Source of the DNA: a bacterium
GTDB lineage: Bacteria; Babelota; Babeliae; Babelales; JAUWHS01
Assembly: GCA_043818275.1 (NCBI GenBank)
Contig: JBDRFY010000078.1
Coordinates: forward strand, 1-53,782
Direction of reading: 5' to 3'
DNA length: 53,782 nucleotides
Under the pieces are notes generated by a model. The model ran no database searches, was not told the origin of the DNA, and saw nothing but the letters and a program-made list of their open reading frames with translations. Below are positions 40,916 through 50,687 of the stretch, one piece after another (position 1 is the stretch's first letter; every line of letters starts with the position of its first letter). The position numbers and the translations under genes are program-made.

Positions 40916-42448
40916 TTACTCAAAAATTGGTGATGAAAAATTAACACCTAAATTTGATAAATCATTATAACTTTCAACAACTTTTTCTACGGGAATGGCA
41001 ATAATTCCACCAACATGATTTTCCAAAATTAAATATTCATCATTATCTTCGATACTCTTTTTTACAACTGTCCTTAAATCTTCAAGATTATCAACCCTTT
41101 GTCCATTTACTTTGCTCAATATTCTACTTTGCTCTAAAAATGACGATTCGGTTGCTTCTGAATCAGGCAAAGCATGAGTCATTATTAAAAAAGGTCTGTA
41201 ATCTTTCCAAATGAATTCTGTAAAAGAAGTGCCAACTAAATAAAAAATATCACCAGCTACTTCTATGTGATTTCCACTTAAAGGAATAATAACTATTCCA
41301 TCAATAATTTCATAATCAATTTTTTCGTCTAAAGAAGGAAGAATCTTTTTTAAATTATTATATTCATTTCCAGATTCTTTAACACAGTTTAAAGTTAATT
41401 CCTGATCATTTCTCAAGACTGTAAACGTAATTGAATCCCCAAATTTTTTCTTGTTCACGTAAGTAAGGATAGAAGTTTTTTCTCCATTAACTAAAATCTC
41501 TCCGTGTATATCAACTTCTAAGTTATCTAATTCAAATAAAATATCTCCATTTTTCAATCCATACTTTTCAGCTAACGAATTTTTAATAATACTTTGAAGA
41601 TAAACTCCATGATCAAGTTTACCGTTTGATAAATATTTTATTGTTGCTTCATTCATTTTCTCTGGATAAACAATGCCCCAAAATGGGTATCTAATGATTT
41701 GTCCTTCAAATAAATGCTCCAAAACGTTCTTAACCTCATTTATCGGAATTAAGTATCCCATCCCTTCAGCAAATTCAATTTTTGAAACACAAATTCCAAT
41801 AACTTCCCCTTTTGAATTTATTGTCGGTCCACCAGAATTTCCATGATTAATTGGAGCTGTTGTGTGTAATGTTTCAAATCCAAATAAATCTTTTTCTTTT
41901 CCTGAAAAAATACCTTCTGATAATTGAATTGAATCTGAAGCCAAAGGATAACCTAAAACCATTAAATCTTCAGAATCTTTCAATTTTTCAGAATCACCCA
42001 AATTCAAAAATGGTATGTTAACCATTTTTTCCTTAAGTTCATTCAGGGATTTTTCTTTTAATTTTAGCAACGCAACATCTCTTTCAGGATAAGCACCAAC
42101 GACTTCACAATTAAATTGCTTTTTGCCCTGAGATGGAATATTTATATAAACCTTTGTTGCCCCTTCGATAACATGATGATTTGTCAATATATATCCATCA
42201 CCACTTATAAAAAAACCAGAACCAGCAATTTTTGCATTTTCAGGCATTTTATAAGGCTCAATCCAATTGTGAATATTTATGTTGCTATAGATTTTGACCA
42301 CAGCATTTTTATTCTTTTCAAGTGAAGAACCTTGTTCGATTTGCAATTTTTGTTCAAATTCATCTGATAAATCATCTGATTTTGCTAATCCATTAAAAAA
42401 AACTAATAAAGAAAAAACAACAATAAAAGAAAATCCCAATTTTTTCAC
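40916..42448 (-). CDS. HtrA/Deg serine protease with PDZ domains
   Basis: GSGF, LTNHHV, DVALL, GNSGGP triad; C-terminal PDZ-like regions; signal peptide. Confidence 0.92.
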   Translation of the reverse strand: MKKLGFSFIVVFSLLVFFNGLAKSDDLSDEFEQKLQIEQGSSLEKNKNAVVKIYSNINIHNWIEPYKMPENAKIAGSGFFISGDGYILTNHHVIEGATKVYINIPSQGKKQFNCEVVGAYPERDVALLKLKEKSLNELKEKMVNIPFLNLGDSEKLKDSEDLMVLGYPLASDSIQLSEGIFSGKEKDLFGFETLHTTAPINHGNSGGPTINSKGEVIGICVSKIEFAEGMGYLIPINEVKNVLEHLFEGQIIRYPFWGIVYPEKMNEATIKYLSNGKLDHGVYLQSIIKNSLAEKYGLKNGDILFELDNLEVDIHGEILVNGEKTSILTYVNKKKFGDSITFTVLRNDQELTLNCVKESGNEYNNLKKILPSLDEKIDYEIIDGIVIIPLSGNHIEVAGDIFYLVGTSFTEFIWKDYRPFLIMTHALPDSEATESSFLEQSRILSKVNGQRVDNLEDLRTVVKKSIEDNDEYLILENHVGGIIAIPVEKVVESYNDLSNLGVNFSSPIFE

Positions 42449-42570
42449 AAAAGCTCCTTAAAAATTTTGATTTTTAGATAAGTAACTATCCCCAAAAGCA
42501 ATAATAAATAAAATTATATAGATTAAATCGCTTAAAGCAAAAGCTCAAAGCCTTTTTCAACCAGAAAAAA

Positions 42571-44175
42571 TTATTTTTCTTTTATCTCAAATCCTTCAAA
42601 AACTGCAAAATCACAATTCTGTTTCCACCCATCTTTGGATAATCCAGCTTTTTGACTTAAATGTTCAAGGGTTGTTGGCAAATCCCAACCAAAAGAAGCT
42701 TGAACCTGAGGTAAAAATACGGCAGAAGCCCAATCTTTTTTCAAAATTATTCCATGCTTGCCAAGAATAATTTCTTTGTAACTTCCTACTTTTTCTGGTT
42801 GCGTTAAAACTGTTATATCGATAACAATATTTTTTAATTCATCCTTTTTTAACGGTTTAAAACGTGAGTCTTCAAAAGCAGCGGCCAACGTCATATCGGC
42901 AACAGTTTTATATAAAGGTTCAGGGGTTGTTATTCTTCCAATACATCCCCTTAAGTCACCCGATTTTGTATTTAAAGTTACAAACGCGCCGGATTCCTGA
43001 CTAACCGCAAAACTTTTAATTGGGTAAAGCAATTTTTGACCTACTTTGTTTATTTCAAAAGAATTTTTTAAAACATCACGGGACTCCGTAAGCAAACTTT
43101 CTTTTTCAAACCCTGTTAAAAGATTTTCTCTTTCCAGTTTAGTTAAATCCTGATTATTAAAAATTAGGCTTGCGTAACTTACGCTATGCTGCATTTCAGA
43201 ATCAGAAATATTTTGTAATAATTTTTCCACGTCAATCATCGTCCGGTTATTTTTTGTAGCCTCTTCAAGTTGGGGGGATGTGTAATAGCAGCTAAGTTGG
43301 GCCTCATTAATATTTTCAAAAGAATTTAATTCAATTAATTTAAGTAAAATTTTAATAGAAGCCTGACCGCAAATCGTTGGTTTCTGTTCCTCCACCACTT
43401 TACTAAAATCATTCAAGGACAAATTACTTATAGCCTCAATAGCATCAGAATCAATATTTCTTATGTTATAAAAAATATTTTTTTCAAATGGTGCGTAATC
43501 AAAACTTTTTCCATAATGAATAAAATCTGAACTTACAACCACCAAAGTATCCTTTGTGACTATTTCTTTTAATTGTTTCGCTATAATTTCATATTCATTA
43601 GTTGCAAGTTGGCCAACAATTAAAGGAATCATTTTAAATTTTTGAATTACTTGTTGTAAAAAAGGAAGCTGGATTTCTATTGCATGTTCTTGCCCATGCG
43701 CCTGTTCATCAATTTTAAAAATATCATTTTTAAGTTTTTTAATTGATTCCTGATCAACTCGAATATCACCCATCACTGTTTGATAAGTTGTATAATCCGG
43801 CAAAGCAATGCCACGTAAATAACTAACATGTGAAGGGCAAAGAATAATTACTTTTTTTATATTTCCGTTTTTTTGGTTGTGTTCATTTATCAAACTTTGA
43901 TATCCACAGGCAGCGCAAAGACCAGAAAAATAATGTCCTGCGTGTGGAACAATTAAAGCCTTAACACTTTTTGAATCACAAGAAACAGGAAAATTTTGTT
44001 TGGCAATGTTTAAATATGAAGAAAGATTTTGAATTAAAACAGATTTGTCATTTGGATACCACCCTTGAGTAAGATGCGCTTTGTGTATTTTTGAAATTTT
44101 CTCTTCTTCTGGCTGAATGCAACCAGGAAATAAAATAAATATTAAAATCAGTAATTTCTGTAAGGTTTTCATCAT
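42571..44175 (-). CDS. fused MEMO1 + AMMECR1 (AmmeMemoRadiSam B/A) probable lipoprotein
   Basis: PHAG, PSH, EHAIEIQLPFLQ, SSDFIHYG, TICG; GAFVTL, LRGCIG, AAFEDSRF, FLPQV; lipobox-like FPGC. Confidence 0.92.
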   Translation of the reverse strand: MMKTLQKLLILIFILFPGCIQPEEEKISKIHKAHLTQGWYPNDKSVLIQNLSSYLNIAKQNFPVSCDSKSVKALIVPHAGHYFSGLCAACGYQSLINEHNQKNGNIKKVIILCPSHVSYLRGIALPDYTTYQTVMGDIRVDQESIKKLKNDIFKIDEQAHGQEHAIEIQLPFLQQVIQKFKMIPLIVGQLATNEYEIIAKQLKEIVTKDTLVVVSSDFIHYGKSFDYAPFEKNIFYNIRNIDSDAIEAISNLSLNDFSKVVEEQKPTICGQASIKILLKLIELNSFENINEAQLSCYYTSPQLEEATKNNRTMIDVEKLLQNISDSEMQHSVSYASLIFNNQDLTKLERENLLTGFEKESLLTESRDVLKNSFEINKVGQKLLYPIKSFAVSQESGAFVTLNTKSGDLRGCIGRITTPEPLYKTVADMTLAAAFEDSRFKPLKKDELKNIVIDITVLTQPEKVGSYKEIILGKHGIILKKDWASAVFLPQVQASFGWDLPTTLEHLSQKAGLSKDGWKQNCDFAVFEGFEIKEK

Positions 44176-44372
44176 TTCTCTCCTTTGGATTATTTAAAAA
44201 ACACTTCAAACAATGTGGCATCAGAACTAAAAATTTGCAAGGTAATGCTGGCCTAAAGAACCAATTTAAGCTTTTGTTGATAAATAAAGGTTTAATTTAG
44301 TATTTTAAATTAGGGACAAATTTAATATTCGTCTTTAGCAATTAAAGCTAAAGGCGGTTTTTCGGGGGGACA

Positions 44373-46505
44373 GTGATGAAGAAATTCAAAATTCTGTTAT
44401 TTACTATTTTTATGCCAATTTTTTTTAATACAAATTTATTAAATGCAGAAAATAATGAAATTCAACAATTAAAAATGCTTTTATTCGACTGCTCTGGATC
44501 AGAAAAATATAAATACAACCCGTTTTTGGAAATCGCCAAATCAATAGGAATAAATTTTGAATACCAGCCAATTGAATCAGTTCTGGATAACGCTGATAAT
44601 TTTGATCCTAAAAATTATAACGGGGCATTTTTTATTATCGGCATTAGCTTATTAAAAAATTTGGGTAAAAATTTAATTTCAAACAAAATTTTAAATCTTG
44701 TTAATAAATTTTACAGCACTCCAGAATCAACAATTGGACTAATTTTACCTACTATTGGGGGGCAAAATAATAATAAAGTTCCTGTTTTATTTCCATTATT
44801 CGCGCAAATGAATCTAATTCAGCCGGTTAAAGTTTTTAATGGCCCAACAAATCAAAACAATATATTCAGTGTAAAATTACAATTAGATCCAAATACCAAT
44901 CTGTTTTTAAACGCAATAAACAGTTTTTTGAACGTACCACTGGAAGCAAGACCACTTCCATATGATACAGCATTAAAACCACCCGCAAATTTTACATTTA
45001 ATGTTGAACCTGCATTTTCTGCCTTTAAATTTCCAGTTTTAGTGCTTCCTCAAAACAAAAATTTTTCTGAAGCGATTAAAACAACATGGCCTTATGGTAT
45101 TTATTGGTTTGATCAGGAAAGAAAAAATAATGTTTTTGTAACTTCAACAACACTGACTTCCTTTTCAGGAATCTCTGAAAACTTTCAAGTTTGCCCTGAA
45201 AACTTTCAACTGCGATCTCAAATACACAAAGCATTGCAACAAACATTGCTCGAATTTAAAAGCATACTCCAAGAGAAAGAAAAAAACGCTGAATTAGCTG
45301 AAAAAATAAAAAATACGAATTCTCCAAAACTATCCGATTCTGTTTCAACGCTTGGCTTTACAAATTGGGATACAAATAAACAAAGCCTAAAAAAAGTAGG
45401 TTGGATGGAACTCAATATATTTGAAATACCAAAAAAGAAAGAGAATGAAAGTGAACAAAAATATAAAACAGAACTTGAGATCCGAAAAAAACAACAACCA
45501 GAATTAATTGACAGTATTTTTAAATCCGGTCTTGATGCTCTCTGGTTAACTTTTAATCCACAAATGTATTACAGTCCAATAGCAATAAGAAAACATGAAG
45601 AAGATATGTTTTTAAATTCGGTTGGGCTTTTTACAAAATCAATAAAAGAAAAAGCGGAAGAATTAAAGGTTTCAGCTCCTAAAATTCTGGTCGGTTATGA
45701 AATAGCAAATAATATTTACGCACCAAATTTGCCTAAAAATTATTCTGTTGATTTATACGGAAACGAATATCCAGACCTTCCAGGCAGTCTTGATGAAAAT
45801 TTTTGGTCCAACGAAATCAAAAATCCACTTACAACTTTTTTAAATATTTGGCAAAAAGAAGAAATTGGAAATGGTTTAAAAATATCAGGCGTTGTTTTGG
45901 ATTTGGAAATGTACATGCGAAAACAATCGGGAGCTTTTTTAAATACAATGGGTTTTGAACAAAGTTTACTTTCCAAATTCAAACAAGAATCAAAACAAAA
46001 TTCTGATAATCAGGATGATGCAAATTATTTGTTAAACAACAAAAAATTCACATCGTATTTTCAATTTTTACAAAAAGAAGCTGAAAAAATAGGGGCTGAC
46101 TTAAGAGCCTCACTTGAAAAAAATATTCCTGATTGTTTTATTGCCTGCTACGCGCCAAATATTTCTGTTGACTGGTTTTACCGAAATTTTTATAAAGGAC
46201 TTTGTAACAAAAATAAAAATATTCAACTAATGACTTTTAATGTTGATTATGGATCTCATCAAAAATGGCTAGAACAAAATGGAATAAATGCTACGCATTC
46301 ATCCGTTCTCATGCTTTCAAAATTACATGGCCCACAAAGTTTTAGATGGGTTAATCATATTTTAAAACATAATACTGGCTTGTGGTTAAACCGTTTTTCC
46401 AGATTTCCACAAACGTTTGACAAAAACGCCTGGTATTCAATTGAACAAACCCCAATGAATGAAGCAAATAAAGAAAAGTTTTTTAATTATTTAAAAAGCA
46501 GATAA
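44373..46505 (+). CDS. large secreted hypothetical protein, possible C-terminal TIM-barrel glycoside-hydrolase-like domain
   Basis: 710-aa ORF with signal peptide; GVVLDLEMY strand with acidic residues; function unassigned. Confidence 0.6.
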   Translation: MMKKFKILLFTIFMPIFFNTNLLNAENNEIQQLKMLLFDCSGSEKYKYNPFLEIAKSIGINFEYQPIESVLDNADNFDPKNYNGAFFIIGISLLKNLGKNLISNKILNLVNKFYSTPESTIGLILPTIGGQNNNKVPVLFPLFAQMNLIQPVKVFNGPTNQNNIFSVKLQLDPNTNLFLNAINSFLNVPLEARPLPYDTALKPPANFTFNVEPAFSAFKFPVLVLPQNKNFSEAIKTTWPYGIYWFDQERKNNVFVTSTTLTSFSGISENFQVCPENFQLRSQIHKALQQTLLEFKSILQEKEKNAELAEKIKNTNSPKLSDSVSTLGFTNWDTNKQSLKKVGWMELNIFEIPKKKENESEQKYKTELEIRKKQQPELIDSIFKSGLDALWLTFNPQMYYSPIAIRKHEEDMFLNSVGLFTKSIKEKAEELKVSAPKILVGYEIANNIYAPNLPKNYSVDLYGNEYPDLPGSLDENFWSNEIKNPLTTFLNIWQKEEIGNGLKISGVVLDLEMYMRKQSGAFLNTMGFEQSLLSKFKQESKQNSDNQDDANYLLNNKKFTSYFQFLQKEAEKIGADLRASLEKNIPDCFIACYAPNISVDWFYRNFYKGLCNKNKNIQLMTFNVDYGSHQKWLEQNGINATHSSVLMLSKLHGPQSFRWVNHILKHNTGLWLNRFSRFPQTFDKNAWYSIEQTPMNEANKEKFFNYLKSR

Positions 46506-46508
46506 TAA

Positions 46509-46533
46509 TAGCCCCCAATAAATTCGGGGGCTA
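46509..46533. terminator. hairpin between convergent genes
   Basis: TAGCCCCC-AATAAATTC-GGGGGCTA. Confidence 0.7.
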
Positions 46534-46551
46534 AAATTAATTTTTTTTAAA

Positions 46552-47493
46552 TTATGATTTTTCTTTTCTTGATAATAGTGAAATAGTTTCCGGAGTCATA
46601 TTATATTTTTTTGCAAAATTTATTGCCTGTTCTCGTTTAAGGTTTAATTTCAGGAATTGTTTTAATTGTTCCGGATGTGCTCCTTGTTTTATTAATTCAA
46701 TAATTCCAGATTCTTCAAAATCATATTGCCTTAAACTGTCAAGATGAGATGAAACAATATTATTTAAAACAGTATTATAAACTTGATTTAGATTTTCTTT
46801 ATTTATTTGATATTGATTTATTTTTGTAATGCTAACCGAAGATCTGGCATACTCAACAAGCTCATCAAAATCATCTACTAATTTAATATAAAATCTTGCC
46901 CGGTTTGCAGGAATATTTTCTTCAAATAAGTTATAAACATTTATTAATGAAAGCTGTGTATCTTTACAAGCTAAAATTAAAGAAAAAATTTGATATAAAT
47001 TTTCTACAATTGGTAAAAATTTTATTAATCTGACAAAATTTTTATCTTTTACATCGATAATACTACCATCTTTATTTTTAAAATTTTTCTTATAATTAGA
47101 TAATATTTTAACTATTTTATCTAAATTATTTTTAATTTCTTCAACAAGGCCATCTTCAAAATCATATAATGAAAAATCTTTATCTCTAGCCATTTTTTTT
47201 ATTGTATTGTCATATTGTTTAAGCTTTTCTATTGTTCCATCCACAAAACCTACAAATTTTTCATCTTTTATAGCCACAATAAAATTTTCTTTTTCTGATT
47301 TTTTTTCAGCGTTATCCCAACCTCTTACTTTTATATGTTTTTTAAATATTTTGGAATGATTAGATTCTATGGAAATCTGGTCCCCTTGCCACCATTCCAT
47401 AAATTGATTGTAGTGATTATTTATACCCAAAAGAGTAAAACTGTTTTTACTTACAAATAAAAGTGCAAACAATAGAAAAATTTTTTTATTCAT
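46552..47493 (-). CDS. secreted helical hypothetical protein
   Basis: AAAGGAG RBS, signal peptide, charged helical composition. Confidence 0.7.
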   Translation of the reverse strand: MNKKIFLLFALLFVSKNSFTLLGINNHYNQFMEWWQGDQISIESNHSKIFKKHIKVRGWDNAEKKSEKENFIVAIKDEKFVGFVDGTIEKLKQYDNTIKKMARDKDFSLYDFEDGLVEEIKNNLDKIVKILSNYKKNFKNKDGSIIDVKDKNFVRLIKFLPIVENLYQIFSLILACKDTQLSLINVYNLFEENIPANRARFYIKLVDDFDELVEYARSSVSITKINQYQINKENLNQVYNTVLNNIVSSHLDSLRQYDFEESGIIELIKQGAHPEQLKQFLKLNLKREQAINFAKKYNMTPETISLLSRKEKS

Positions 47494-47735
47494 GCAAATC
47501 TCCTTTCAATAAAAAATACCCTGAAAAACTACTAAACCCACAAATCTCCTTTCGGTTAATTATAAATAAAAAACAATTTAAACGCCTGGAATTTTATCGC
47601 AACAATTTTAATTTATAAACGCCAAAAAAATTATTTTTTCATTATAACAATTATTGATTTTTTTATTTGACCCTGTTAGATTTGGGGCTTGTCAAAAAAT
47701 CCAACAACCAACTTAAATAAACCAGGAGTAATAAA

Positions 47736-48056
47736 ATGGCTGTTAAATTAAATTCATCAAACTTCGAAGCCGAAGTTGAAAAATCAGCTAAGCCGGTTGT
47801 AATTGATGTTTTTGCTGAATGGTGCGGTCCATGCCAGATGATGGGCCCAATTTTTGAAGAAGTTGAAAAAGAATTAATTGAAAAATATAAATTCGCAAAA
47901 TTTAATATCGATGAAGAAAGAGACTTGGCAATAAAATTTGGAGTATCTTCAATCCCAACATTTCTTTTCTTTAAAAATGCGAAAATTGTCGGTAAAGAGG
48001 TTGGTTACATGAGCAAAGATATTTTGCAATCAAAAGTAGAAAGTTTACTTGGATAA
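47736..48056 (+). CDS. trxA: thioredoxin
   Basis: WCGPC, SIPT; AGGAG RBS. Confidence 0.95.
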   Translation: MAVKLNSSNFEAEVEKSAKPVVIDVFAEWCGPCQMMGPIFEEVEKELIEKYKFAKFNIDEERDLAIKFGVSSIPTFLFFKNAKIVGKEVGYMSKDILQSKVESLLG

Positions 48057-48063
48057 TTAAAAA

Positions 48064-48084
48064 CCCCCGACGAAAAATCGGGGG
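48064..48084. terminator. bidirectional terminator trxA/cysS
   Basis: CCCCCGA-N7-TCGGGGG with A and T tails. Confidence 0.75.
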
Positions 48085-48089
48085 ATTTT

Positions 48090-49424
48090 TTAATCTATTT
48101 TTTTATCTTTAACCTCAAAGCCCAACAATTTTAATTTATCCCGAATCTGATCCGCAAGTTCAAAATCTTTGTTAATTCTTGCTTCTTCCCGTTGTTTTAT
48201 TAATTCTTCTATCTCTGGTGTAATCTTTATTTCTTTTTCTTTTAAAGATTTTAAGGTTAAGCCAAAAATATTAGTTAATAAATATTTGATGACCTGCCCG
48301 GATTGCTCATCTTTTTTTATTGAATCTAAATTTTCAAAAACAAATCCCAAAGCTTTTGGCGTATTTAAATCATCACACAAAGCCTGCAAAACTTGCGTTG
48401 TAAAATCATTTCTTAATTCAATTTTTTCAACATTAACCGAAATATCATCAACATCTTTAAATGCGTTTACCAATTTTTTATACGCAGTCTGAGCAGCCTT
48501 TAAATTTTCAAAACTAAATTCTAACGGTGTTGTGTATTGATGTTGTAAAAAATAAAAACGAAGGACCATCGGATCAAATTTTTTAAAAATTTCCTGTAAT
48601 GACAAAATATTACCCAAAGATTTCGACATTTTTTCTTTATCGATATTTACAAAAGCATTGTGAACCCAATATTTTGCAAACGGTTTGGAATAAATACTTT
48701 CGGATTGAGCAATTTCATTTTCATGATGAGGAAAAATTAAATCCTGTCCACCACCATGTATATCAATATTTTCTCCCAAAAAATCTTTTGCCATCACAGA
48801 ACATTCAATGTGCCATCCCGGCCTGCCATACCCCCATGGTGAACGCCAAAATAATTCCTGGTCATTTCCCTTCCATAAAGCAAAATCTGCCGGATTTTGT
48901 TTTATTTCGTTTACATCAACCCTTGCTCCAGCCTGAAGCTCATCTAAATTTCTCCCTGACAGTTTTCCATAATCCTTAAATTTTTTAACATCAAAATAAA
49001 TATCTCCATTTGCAATATAAGCAAAACCTTTATCAATTAGTTCTTTTACAAATTTAATAATTGAACCAATATTTTCTGTAACTTTGGGTTCTTTTGTTGG
49101 ATGCAAACAATTTAAGGCAAACATATCTTCATGAAACTGTTTAATAAACTCTTCTGATATTTGCTTATAATCTTTTCCTTCTCTATCCGCTTTCGCTAAA
49201 ATTTTATCATCAATATCTGTAAAATTTCGAACATAATTAACTTTGTAGCCTAAGAATTTAAGCAATCTAAATAAAACATCAAAACTTACATAACACCGAC
49301 CATGACCAATATGTGAAAAATCATAAGGAGTAATTCCGCAGACATACATTAAAACCTTATCATTTGAAATTGGTTTGAAAATTTCCTGTTCACGACTCAA
49401 AGTATTTGTTAATTTTAATTTCAT
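48090..49424 (-). CDS. cysS: cysteine--tRNA ligase
   Basis: YVCGITPY, HIGH, GRPGWHIECS, FPHHENE, KMSKS. Confidence 0.98.
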   Translation of the reverse strand: MKLKLTNTLSREQEIFKPISNDKVLMYVCGITPYDFSHIGHGRCYVSFDVLFRLLKFLGYKVNYVRNFTDIDDKILAKADREGKDYKQISEEFIKQFHEDMFALNCLHPTKEPKVTENIGSIIKFVKELIDKGFAYIANGDIYFDVKKFKDYGKLSGRNLDELQAGARVDVNEIKQNPADFALWKGNDQELFWRSPWGYGRPGWHIECSVMAKDFLGENIDIHGGGQDLIFPHHENEIAQSESIYSKPFAKYWVHNAFVNIDKEKMSKSLGNILSLQEIFKKFDPMVLRFYFLQHQYTTPLEFSFENLKAAQTAYKKLVNAFKDVDDISVNVEKIELRNDFTTQVLQALCDDLNTPKALGFVFENLDSIKKDEQSGQVIKYLLTNIFGLTLKSLKEKEIKITPEIEELIKQREEARINKDFELADQIRDKLKLLGFEVKDKKID

Positions 49425-49445
49425 TTTTATATCCCGTTTTGAATT

Positions 49446-50687
49446 TTAAATTGTCTCAATACCATTTAATTCGTCATGAAGCTCTAAAGCCCGTTTGATC
49501 ATTTCATCTTTATTTAATTTTAAATCTTTTTTCTCATTCAGGTATTTTTCAAGCATAGTTTTTAAATTCATATCAACTTTTAATTCTACTCTTTTTTCTC
49601 TCGTTTCCATTTTTCTGACAGGAGTGATCGAGACAACCAGCAATGATTTTGAACAAGCTCTATGAATTTCATAAAGATCAATCTTATCAGATTTATCCTG
49701 AAGTAAATGATAAACAATTTTTACAATCGCATCAGTTAAATCAGTTTCTTTTATTTTTTCCAATATTTGCTCTGTCTGATCTCCTACTTTTTCTAATTCA
49801 ACTTCAATCTGAATCATTGGACGAGTTTTTAATTTAATAAACTCATAAACAACCTGATATTTTTTCGAAGGGTTAATTTTTACAAAACAAAAACCTTTTT
49901 CTTCTTTTCTCTCACCAAAATCAATTCGTTCTGGTGAACCAGAATAAACAACAGGAATTTGTCCGCTTGGATTTAAATTTTGATGTCTATGTAAATGACC
50001 GAGGGCAACATAATCAAAAGGCTCAACAGCTAATTGCGAAGGTAAAAAAAGTGGATCATTTCCAAAAATAGCGCATTTTTCTGATCCTGAAAAAACTCCT
50101 GTGCTAACAGTCAGGTGACCAGCCAAAATAGCAGGGATTTCTGGATTTAATTTTTGCGCAAAATTTTGAATAATACTTCCAACAGAATTTGATAAATAAT
50201 CTGTAATTTCTTTTGCATTTTTTAATTTGTGTTCTTCTGATGTAATTAAATTGTTTCTGGTTGGCCATGGAATGCCAACAATTTGAACACTCCCGTTTTT
50301 TGTATCTAATTCCAAAATATCCGGTTTAGAAAAAACATGAAAACCATTTAGCGGCAACGAATTAAAAACATCCAAAGAATTAGCTTTACCAAAACTTAAT
50401 GGATTATCATGATTACCAACAATTATAACAACCGGAATTTTTGCGTTATATAAACGCATCAGACATTGCAAAAATAATTTTTGTTGCGTAGGAGTTGGGT
50501 AAGCAGTTTTATACGCGTCACCACAAAAAAGGAAAAAATCAACTTTTTTATCAATTGCAAAATCAATAATCAAATCAAAACTATTTTTAAAATCGGTTAA
50601 ACGAGAGTGTAACCCTGTTTTACTATCAACTTTTCCGTAATTTTCAACACCAAAATGCGTATCTGCTGTATGAACAAATGATATCAT
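49446..50687 (-). CDS. sbcD: SbcD/Mre11 nuclease
   Basis: HTADTH, GDAY, GNHD, GHL, ALGHLH, YSGSPERIDFGE. Confidence 0.92.
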   Translation of the reverse strand: MISFVHTADTHFGVENYGKVDSKTGLHSRLTDFKNSFDLIIDFAIDKKVDFFLFCGDAYKTAYPTPTQQKLFLQCLMRLYNAKIPVVIIVGNHDNPLSFGKANSLDVFNSLPLNGFHVFSKPDILELDTKNGSVQIVGIPWPTRNNLITSEEHKLKNAKEITDYLSNSVGSIIQNFAQKLNPEIPAILAGHLTVSTGVFSGSEKCAIFGNDPLFLPSQLAVEPFDYVALGHLHRHQNLNPSGQIPVVYSGSPERIDFGERKEEKGFCFVKINPSKKYQVVYEFIKLKTRPMIQIEVELEKVGDQTEQILEKIKETDLTDAIVKIVYHLLQDKSDKIDLYEIHRACSKSLLVVSITPVRKMETREKRVELKVDMNLKTMLEKYLNEKKDLKLNKDEMIKRALELHDELNGIETI

